NCBI GenBank assembly: GCA_046095965.1
Contig: JBJTJO010000160.1
Location: 1 to 43,740, forward strand
Reading direction: 5' to 3'
DNA from: Planctomycetaceae bacterium
GTDB taxonomy: Bacteria; Planctomycetota; Planctomycetia; Pirellulales; UBA1268
Length of the DNA stretch: 43,740 bases
Position numbers and translations under genes: made by a program. Positions within the stretch are counted from its first letter, which is position 1. Each line of letters starts with the position of its first letter. Of this stretch, positions 26,716 to 33,410 are shown in pieces. Under the pieces are notes generated by a model that saw only the letters and a list, made by a program, of their open reading frames with translations, was not told the origin of the DNA and ran no database searches.

Positions 26716-27402
26716 ATGAGCACGGTGACGACTGGATCGAGGCCGCGACCCGCCGGCGGCGATACCGGGGCCCGGGGCTCGACGGTCGGCTTCTGGCTCA
26801 TCGTCCTTGCCGTCCTGGTGATCGTCGGCCTGCTCAGCGCCTGGCTCGGGGGCTGGTTCCGGACCGCGACCGATCCCCGGGTCGCCGAGATCCGCCGACT
26901 CCAGGACGAAGCCCGGGCGGCGTACGCTGCCAACGGCGGCCCGGCGACGCTCGCCGAGGCGACGGCGGCCGTGGCCGCGATGGCCGTGATTCGCGAGAAG
27001 GTGGACGCCCTCCCCGAGAATCTGCGGAAGCAGGTGGAGCGGTCGGGGGGCGGCATGATGCGGGACATGGTCCGCGGCCAGATCGACGCCTACTTCGCGG
27101 CCCCTCCGGACCAACGGCGGGCCGAACTCGACCGGCAGATCGAACGTGAGGAGATCATGCGCAAGGCGTTCGAGGCGGGCAGCGCCGTGGCGAACGCCGT
27201 CGGTGCCGGCAGTCGCCAGGGGGGCGGTGGTGCCGCGGCGGGCGGGCCACCGCGCGGCGACAGCCAGGAGGACCGCAACCGCTGGCGGAAGAACATCATC
27301 GATCGCACGACGCCGGACGATCGCGCCCGCTACACGGAGTACCGCCGGGCCATGGAGCAGCGCCGCGAGGAGCGGGGACTGCCTTCCGGCGGCCCGCGGT
27401 GA
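26716..27402 (+). CDS. Hypothetical membrane-anchored protein (helical, Arg/Glu-rich)
   Basis: The ATG at 26716 lies 20 nt after the DUF1559 stop. A single TM helix ('FWLIVLAVLVIVGLLSAWLGGW') is followed by charged helical segments and a Gly-rich linker. Codon bias is consistent with coding sequence. No motif was recognised. Confidence 0.55.
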   Translation: MSTVTTGSRPRPAGGDTGARGSTVGFWLIVLAVLVIVGLLSAWLGGWFRTATDPRVAEIRRLQDEARAAYAANGGPATLAEATAAVAAMAVIREKVDALPENLRKQVERSGGGMMRDMVRGQIDAYFAAPPDQRRAELDRQIEREEIMRKAFEAGSAVANAVGAGSRQGGGGAAAGGPPRGDSQEDRNRWRKNIIDRTTPDDRARYTEYRRAMEQRREERGLPSGGPR

Positions 27403-27421
27403 CCGGCACGGAACGCCACCG

Positions 27422-27691
27422 ATGGCCGACACGCTCGGGCTCTACCAGGAGGCGCTGCAACTCGCCCGCGACCTCGGCTACGAGATCCGTGAGGAGCCGC
27501 TCGGCGGCCTGCCGGGAGGACGCTGCACCGTGAACGGCGCGCCGCGGGTGCTCCTCAACCTGGAGCGGCCCGTCGCCGAACGGCTCGACTGCCTCCTGCG
27601 GGCGCTCGCGCCCGATGCCCGATTGGCCGCCGAGCCCAGGAGCCGGCTGCTCGACGCGCGGCTGCGGGTGCTGACCCCGCCCGCCGGCTGA
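27422..27691 (+). CDS. Hypothetical small protein (89 aa)
   Basis: The ATG at 27422 lies 20 nt after the previous stop. The sequence looks globular ('MADTLGLYQEALQLARDLGYEIREEPLGGLPGGRCTVNGAPRVLLNLERP'). No SD sequence is present, so confidence is limited. Confidence 0.4.
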   Translation: MADTLGLYQEALQLARDLGYEIREEPLGGLPGGRCTVNGAPRVLLNLERPVAERLDCLLRALAPDARLAAEPRSRLLDARLRVLTPPAG

Positions 27692-27694
27692 TCG

Positions 27695-28351
27695 TCATCC
27701 GTCGCGGTACAGGCCGTGGGTCCGCACGTAGGCCTCGACGGCCCGCGGCACGAGATGGCGGATGCTCCGCCCCGCGGCGATCCGCTCGCGGATCAGGCTC
27801 GCGCGGACGCCGATCGCCGGCATCCGGACGCGGCCGGCGACGAGCCGGGCGAGCCGGTCGGGGCCGAGGAGGCCCGCGAGCCGGCGGTCGTTCGCGAGCA
27901 CCGCCACGTCGTCGAGCGAATCCCGCTCGACGGCCAGCGGCTCGGCGAGCGCGACGATGCGTTCCGGTTCCCGCCACGTCGGCAGGCCGGCGAGCGCGTC
28001 GGGTCCGAGGATGAGCCGGAACTCGGCGCCGGGGCGTGCCGCGGCGAGCGCCGTGAGCGTCTCCACCGTCCAGCTCACCCCGCCCCGCTCGATCTCGACC
28101 GGCGACACCTCGAACGCGTCGTGACCGCCGGTGGCGAGCCGGAGCATCGTCAGCCGGTCCTCCGCGGGGGCCAGGACCCGGTCGCGCTTGTGGGGCGGGA
28201 CCGCCGCCGGCACGAAGATCACCCGGTCGAGTCCGGCCTGCTCCCGGCATGACTCGGCCGCGACGAGGTGGCCGAGGTGCACGGGATCGAAGCTGCCGCC
28301 GAAGACGCCGATCCGCAGCGCTGTTTCTGCCCGTGGGAACGGCCCGGTCAC
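27695..28351 (-). CDS. nadD: Nicotinate-nucleotide adenylyltransferase
   Basis: 'IGVFGGSFDPVHLGHL' carries the (H/T)xGH motif. 'VIFVPAAVPPHK' and 'ISASLIRERI'-type 'GVRASLIRERIAAGRSIRHLVP' are also present. Confidence 0.93.
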   Translation of the reverse strand: MTGPFPRAETALRIGVFGGSFDPVHLGHLVAAESCREQAGLDRVIFVPAAVPPHKRDRVLAPAEDRLTMLRLATGGHDAFEVSPVEIERGGVSWTVETLTALAAARPGAEFRLILGPDALAGLPTWREPERIVALAEPLAVERDSLDDVAVLANDRRLAGLLGPDRLARLVAGRVRMPAIGVRASLIRERIAAGRSIRHLVPRAVEAYVRTHGLYRDG

Positions 28352-28408
28352 GGCCGCCGCGTGGAGGGCGATTTTCGCCGCCGGGCCCGGGGCGGTCTAC
28401 TCGGGGCC

Positions 28409-30673
28409 ATGACGGACCGGCAGACGACGCAGCGGGAACTCTTCGAGAGCCGCCCCCGGTGGGAGGAGGACGACGCGCGCGCCGGCACGATCGCCACGGT
28501 CGTGCTGCCCGACGGCATCGACAAGCCGCTCGACTACCTCGTTCCCGAGTCGCTCGCCGCGACGGTCGAGCCCGGCCGACGGGTGCGCGTCCCGCTCGGC
28601 CGCGGCAACCGGCTGCGGCTCGCCTACTGCGTGGCCGTGCGGACGGGCGAGCTGCCGCCGACCCCGCTCAAGACCGTGGCCGGCGTCGAGGACGACCGGC
28701 CGCTGCTCTCGGCGCGGATGCTCGAGCTCACGGAGTGGATGGCGGAGCGGTGGATGGCCCGGCGGGGCGAGGTGCTCGAGGCGGTGCTGCCCGCCGGCGT
28801 GCGGGCCCGGCGCCGCGGCCGGCACGACCCGCTGCTCGTGGCCACGGCCGCCACGCCGGCGCGGACGCCCACCGCCGCGCAGGCCGCGGTGCTCGCGGCC
28901 GCGACCGAGCCGCGCACCGCCGCCGACCTCGCGCGAATCTCCGGCGCGAGCCGCGCGGTCGTGGCGCGGCTCGTGAAGGTCGGGCTGCTCGCCCCCGTGG
29001 GCAGCGTGGAACGTCCGGTGGGGAGCGGCCCGCGGCCCGCGATCGCCCACGAGCGGCCGGCCGAGCTCTCGGCGGCACAGGCAGCGGCGCTCGACGCCAT
29101 CCGCGCTCCGCTCCGCACCGGCCGCCACGAGACGATCGTGCTCTTCGGCGTCACCGGAAGCGGCAAGACCGAGGTCTACCTGCAGGCCGTGGAGGAGACG
29201 GTGGCGCACGGCCGGCAGGCGATCGTGCTCGTGCCGGAGATCAGCCTCACGCCGCAGACCTGCGACCGCTTCCGGGCGCGGTTCGGCGAGGTGGCCGTGC
29301 TCCATAGCCACCTCACGCCCGCCGAGCGGCACGCCCAGTGGCGCGAGATCGCGGCCGGTGGCGTGAACGTGGTCGTGGGCGCGCGGAGCGCGATCTTCGC
29401 GCCGGCCCCCCGGCTCGGCCTCGTCGTGATCGACGAGGAGCACGAGTCGTCCTTCAAGCAGGCGACGGCTCCGCGCTACCACGCCCGCGACGTCGCCGAG
29501 TGGATCGCGCGGCGGGCGGGCGTGCCGCTCGTGCTCGGTTCGGCGACGCCCGCGCTCGAGACCTTCGCCCGCTGCCTCGCGGGCGGGTGGACGATGTGCC
29601 GGCTGCCGGGGCGCGTGGGGGGCTCGCAGCTGCCGGCGGTGATGACGGTGGACCTGCGGGACCGCGGTGCCCGATCGCGGGGGGCGATCAGCCCGCGGCT
29701 CGCGGCGGGCATCCGCTGGGCCCTCGAGTCCGGCGGGCAGGTGATGCTGCTGCTCAACCGCCGTGGCTTCGCCACGCACGTGCAGTGCCGGGCCTGCGGC
29801 CACACGATGACCTGCCCGCAGTGCGCGCTCGCGCTCACGCTCCACCAGCCGGGCGGCCGCGGTGTCTGCCACGGCTGCGGCCTGGTCACCCGCCTGCCGG
29901 CCGACTGCCCGGGTTGCGCTGCCCCGGGGCTCGTCCAGCGTGGCACCGGCACGCAGCGGCTCGAGGAGCAGGTGCGGGCCGCGTTCCCGGATGCGGCCGT
30001 GGCCCGCATGGACACCGACACGATGCGCACGCGCGGCGCGCACGAACGGACGCTCGACGCCTTTCGCGACCGGCGGATCGACATCCTCGTGGGCACGCAG
30101 ATGATCGCCAAGGGGCTCGACTTCCCGGCGGTGATGCTCGTGGGCGTGGTCAACGCCGACGCCGCGCTCCATCTGGCCGACTTCCGCGCGGCCGAGCGGA
30201 CCTGCCAGCTCGTCACGCAGGTCTCGGGCCGCAGCGGCCGCGGGCCGCTCGGCGGCCGCGTCGTCGTGCAGACGAGCACCCCGGACCACCCGGCGATCCG
30301 CGCCGCGGCGGCCCACGACTACGAGGCCTTCGTGCGGAGCGAGCTGCCGGTCCGCGAGGCGCTCTGCTACCCGCCGTACGGCAGCGTGGTGCGGGTCGTG
30401 GTCCGGAGCCTCGACGGCCGGGCCGCGGAGGACTGGGCGGCCCACGTCGCCGAGCGGCTGCGGCGCGAGGCGGCCGGCGCCACGGGCGTCCGCGTGCTCG
30501 GCCCGGCGCCCTGTCCGATCGAGCGGCTCCGCGACCGCTTCCGCTGGCACGTGCAGGCCCACGGCCCCGACGGCCCGGCGCTCCGGACGCTCGTCCGCCG
30601 CGCCACGGCCGGCCTCAAGACCCCCCAGAGCGTCGCGTGGATCATCGACGTCGATCCCGTGGACATGCTGTGA
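28409..30673 (+). CDS. priA: Primosomal protein N' (replication restart helicase PriA)
   Basis: The N-terminal 3'-DNA-binding domain is 'VLPDGIDKPLDYLVPESL....G.RVRVPLGRGNR'. Walker A is 'LFGVTGSGKTEVYL', DEEH is 'VVIDEEHESSFKQ', and the Cys-rich zinc region is 'CRACGHTMTCPQCALALTLH....VCHGCG......CPGC'. The start ATG at 28409 is set by the conserved N-terminus. Confidence 0.95.
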   Translation: MTDRQTTQRELFESRPRWEEDDARAGTIATVVLPDGIDKPLDYLVPESLAATVEPGRRVRVPLGRGNRLRLAYCVAVRTGELPPTPLKTVAGVEDDRPLLSARMLELTEWMAERWMARRGEVLEAVLPAGVRARRRGRHDPLLVATAATPARTPTAAQAAVLAAATEPRTAADLARISGASRAVVARLVKVGLLAPVGSVERPVGSGPRPAIAHERPAELSAAQAAALDAIRAPLRTGRHETIVLFGVTGSGKTEVYLQAVEETVAHGRQAIVLVPEISLTPQTCDRFRARFGEVAVLHSHLTPAERHAQWREIAAGGVNVVVGARSAIFAPAPRLGLVVIDEEHESSFKQATAPRYHARDVAEWIARRAGVPLVLGSATPALETFARCLAGGWTMCRLPGRVGGSQLPAVMTVDLRDRGARSRGAISPRLAAGIRWALESGGQVMLLLNRRGFATHVQCRACGHTMTCPQCALALTLHQPGGRGVCHGCGLVTRLPADCPGCAAPGLVQRGTGTQRLEEQVRAAFPDAAVARMDTDTMRTRGAHERTLDAFRDRRIDILVGTQMIAKGLDFPAVMLVGVVNADAALHLADFRAAERTCQLVTQVSGRSGRGPLGGRVVVQTSTPDHPAIRAAAAHDYEAFVRSELPVREALCYPPYGSVVRVVVRSLDGRAAEDWAAHVAERLRREAAGATGVRVLGPAPCPIERLRDRFRWHVQAHGPDGPALRTLVRRATAGLKTPQSVAWIIDVDPVDML

Positions 30674-30712
30674 TGAGCGCCGCGGTGGCCGAACGACGTG
30701 CCGCACCGCATT

Positions 30713-30733
30713 CCGCAGATTGCCAATCCGCGG
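30713..30733. repeat. Short REP-like hairpin CCGCAGATT-GCC-AATCCGCGG (8/9 arm match)
   Basis: Read directly. It is related in sequence (14/20 by eye) to the second hairpin at 30799..30821, in the same priA-kinase spacer. Confidence 0.35.
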
Positions 30734-30798
30734 CTACTCCCGGAGGGGCCGTCAGACGAGGGACGATTCCGATCGGCGTTACCTCCGCGGAGCGAGTA

Positions 30799-30821
30799 GG
30801 TGCAGAGTGGCAGTCTGCACC
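30799..30821. repeat. Hairpin GGTGCAGA-GTGGCAG-TCTGCACC (perfect 8-bp arms)
   Basis: Read directly. It is flanked at about +/-35-50 nt by two copies of TTCCGATCGGC (30767..30777 and 30871..30881). Confidence 0.4.
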
Positions 30822-30949
30822 CGGTGGCATACCAGCCGACGCCGCGGTGGCCGACCGGGGGGATGGAGGGTTCCGATCGGCCCCTGCCCCGGGTGTGCAC
30901 ACGGTGGCGACCCGGATGCCGCCGGGTACCATGCAGCGGCGGAGCACCC

Positions 30950-32650
30950 ATGCGTTCGTTCACCGACATCCTGGGCGAGACGAGCCTCGAGCGGAAGTGC
31001 CGCTTCCTGTTCGGGCTCTGCCTGTTCGTGCTCATCGCCGGGAGTTTCTGGTGGTACGGCAGCCGCAGCGAGCGGCTCGTCTACGCCACCACGCGGAGCA
31101 CCGGCCGCCACCTCGTCGATGCGATCATGCTCCAGCAGCACTGGAAGTCGCTGGAACAGGAGCAGCACCTCGCCAGCACGATCGAGACGCTCGGCAATCG
31201 GCTCCAGAGCGAGCGGTACGACTGGCGGCTCCTCGATCCCGACGCGGATTCCGAGGAACGGGCCGGCTACAAGCGGCTCGACGTGGCGGTGCTCAAATAC
31301 TTCCTTGAGCGGCCGCCGCAGGCCGACGACCCCGCCGGCGCCACGGCGCTCGCGGGGCAGGGGGGCGACTACCGCGAGTTCCGCACCGATGACAGTTCGG
31401 AATACCACTACTACCAGCCGATCCGCTGGACGAGCAGCTGCAAGGTGTGCCACGAGTACCGGGGCGTGATCGGCGAGGCTCCGCCGGGCACCACCGAGGA
31501 ACACCCGCGCTACGCGGAGGGGGATCTCATGGCCGTGGCGAAGGTCGTGATGCCCGATGCGCTCACCCGCAAGGCGATCAACCGCAACCGCGCCATCCTC
31601 CTGGCCACGGCGATCATGACCGTCTTCCTCGCGATGCTCGCAGCCTACGCGATCGTCCGCTACGTCATCGTCAAGCCGCTCGCGCACCTGCGCGAGGTGA
31701 GCGAGGAGGTGCGGCGGGGCAACGTCGAGGCTCGGGCCGACGTCCACACCGCCGACGAGTTCGAGGAGCTCGGCGTGGCCTTCAACCGCATGCTCCGCGG
31801 GCTCATCGACTCGCAGGAGGACCTGCGCAAGGCGAACCGGGCCCTCGACGGCAAGGTCGATGAGCTCGCGCAGGCCAACCTCAACCTCTACGAGATGAAC
31901 CGGCTCAAGGGGGACTTTCTCGCCACCATGAGCCACGAGCTGCGAACACCCCTCAACAGCATCCTCGGCTTCTCCGACGTGCTGGCGTCGATCCAGGCGC
32001 TCGACGACCGGCAACGCCGCTACGTGGAGAACATCCGCACGTCGGGTCGCATGCTCCTCGAGATGATCAACGACATCCTCGACCTCGCGAAGATCGAGGC
32101 CGGCAAGATGGAGGTGCGGGCGGCCACGTTCGCGATTCAGCCCGTCGTCTCGGCGCAGTGCGACATGGTCCGGCCGCTCGCCGAACGGAAGCGGATCGAG
32201 GTCTCCTTCACCGTGGGGCCCGGGCTCGAGAACGTCGTGCAGGACATGGCGAAGGTGCAGCAGATCCTCGCCAACCTCCTCTCGAACGCGGTCAAGTTCA
32301 CGCCCGAGGGGGGGCGCATCGACGTCACGGCGCGGGTCGCCGAGGAGCCGGCGGGCGACTTCCTCCTGGAGGTCGCCGACACCGGGGTGGGCATCGCCGA
32401 GGAGGAGCAGCAGGCGGTGTTCGAGAAGTTCCGCCAGGGGCGGGTCTTCCAGGAGGGGGACGACGCGATGACCCGCGAATACTCCGGCACCGGGCTGGGG
32501 CTGTCGATCGTGCGCGAGCTCTGCCGGCTGCTCGGGGGAGACGTGACGCTCGCGAGCCAGTTGGGCCGCGGCAGCACCTTCACCGTGCGTCTGCCGCTGC
32601 GGCTGGCGGCGGACCGGCCCGCGGAGCCGGCGCTGGCGGCGGCCTCGTGA
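30950..32650 (+). CDS. Sensor histidine kinase: periplasmic haem-c (CXXCH, DUF3365/Tll0287-like) sensor domain, HAMP, HisKA, HATPase_c
   Basis: The ATG at 30950 gives 'MRSFTDILGETSLERKCRFLFGLCLFVLIAGSFWWY' (TM1). 'RWTSSCKVCHEY' contains CXXCH at 31439..31453, in frame. TM2 plus HAMP is '..IVKPLAHLREVSEEVRRGN..ARADVHTADEFEELGVAFNRM'. The H-box is 'FLATMSHELRTPLNSILGF', and G2 is 'GTGLGLSIVRELC'. Confidence 0.9.
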   Translation: MRSFTDILGETSLERKCRFLFGLCLFVLIAGSFWWYGSRSERLVYATTRSTGRHLVDAIMLQQHWKSLEQEQHLASTIETLGNRLQSERYDWRLLDPDADSEERAGYKRLDVAVLKYFLERPPQADDPAGATALAGQGGDYREFRTDDSSEYHYYQPIRWTSSCKVCHEYRGVIGEAPPGTTEEHPRYAEGDLMAVAKVVMPDALTRKAINRNRAILLATAIMTVFLAMLAAYAIVRYVIVKPLAHLREVSEEVRRGNVEARADVHTADEFEELGVAFNRMLRGLIDSQEDLRKANRALDGKVDELAQANLNLYEMNRLKGDFLATMSHELRTPLNSILGFSDVLASIQALDDRQRRYVENIRTSGRMLLEMINDILDLAKIEAGKMEVRAATFAIQPVVSAQCDMVRPLAERKRIEVSFTVGPGLENVVQDMAKVQQILANLLSNAVKFTPEGGRIDVTARVAEEPAGDFLLEVADTGVGIAEEEQQAVFEKFRQGRVFQEGDDAMTREYSGTGLGLSIVRELCRLLGGDVTLASQLGRGSTFTVRLPLRLAADRPAEPALAAAS

Positions 32651-32686
32651 CGGGCCTCTGAGCGCACAAACCTGGAGGAGGCGGCG

Positions 32687-33169
32687 ATGGCGAAGGAGCG
32701 CGACGGGGCCGAGGTGGTGCTGTTCACAGACGGGGCCTGCAGCGGGAATCCCGGACCCGGCGGCTGGGCCTACATCCTCCGCCACCCCGGCAGCGGCCGG
32801 GAGACGAGCGACTCGGGCGCCGAGCGCGACACCACGAACAACCGCATGGAGCTTACGGCCGTCGTCGAGGGCCTCAAGCAGCTCAAGCGGCCCGCCGTCG
32901 TGGAGCTCGTCACCGACAGCGTTTACGTCGGCACGGGCCTCGCCGAGTGGCTGCCGCGCTGGAAGAGCCAGGGCTGGAAGCGGAAGGAGAAGGGGCGCCT
33001 CGTGCCGGTGAAGAACGAGGACCTGTGGCGGGAGCTCGACCGGCTCGCCGCGGCGCACAGGATCCGCTTCACCCACGTGGCCGGCCACTCGGGCCACGCC
33101 GAGAACGAGCGTTGCGACGAGATGGCCGTCGAGGCCTACAAGGAGCTGCAGCGCAACGGGGGTGTGTGA
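32687..33169 (+). CDS. rnhA: Ribonuclease HI
   Basis: The ATG follows GGAGGAG. 'VVLFTDGACSGNPGPGGWAYIL', 'TNNRMELTAVVEGLK', 'VELVTDSVYV' and 'HVAGHSGHAENERCDEMA' supply the DEDD catalytic residues in their canonical context. Confidence 0.95.
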   Translation: MAKERDGAEVVLFTDGACSGNPGPGGWAYILRHPGSGRETSDSGAERDTTNNRMELTAVVEGLKQLKRPAVVELVTDSVYVGTGLAEWLPRWKSQGWKRKEKGRLVPVKNEDLWRELDRLAAAHRIRFTHVAGHSGHAENERCDEMAVEAYKELQRNGGV

Positions 33170-33214
33170 CGGCTTGCCGTGTGCGTCCGAAGGCGAAAAG
33201 AGCAGCGTTTCTTT

Positions 33215-33322
33215 CCCTCACCCTCGGGGAGAGGGTGGCCGAAGGCCGGGTGAGGGTGCAGGGGCGTTTCGGTTGATCAGCAAGGCACCCTCACCCCGGC
33301 CCTCTCCCAGAGGGAGAGGGAG
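33215..33322. repeat. Nested palindromic (REP/MITE-like) element, copy B
   Basis: The left arm at 33215..33259 is (CCCTCACCCTCGGGGAGAGGGTGGCCGAAGGCCGGGTGAGGGTGC). The right arm at 33285..33322 is (GCACCCTCACCCCGGCCCTCTCCCAGAGGGAGAGGGAG). The right arm is nearly identical to the reverse complement of the left arm of copy A (14463..14501). The element lies in the rnhA-recG spacer. Confidence 0.85.
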
Positions 33323-33410
33323 CGGGACATACCTGGCCTCCCAGGGTACGAAGGAGCAGGGAATGACGGGTCTCCCGCGGGGAGAAGGGGGAACGACGTA
33401 GACTTCGTGC

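Noticed and set aside
30642-31469. ORFs covering the priA-kinase spacer (30642..30947 minus, 30720..31469 plus, 30367..31035 minus) as possible small proteins.
   Set aside because: They have no SD or start context. Their composition is repeat-derived ('ADCQSA'/'AEWQSA' from the hairpin elements) or Arg/Pro-rich. They overlap the true kinase N-terminus out of frame.
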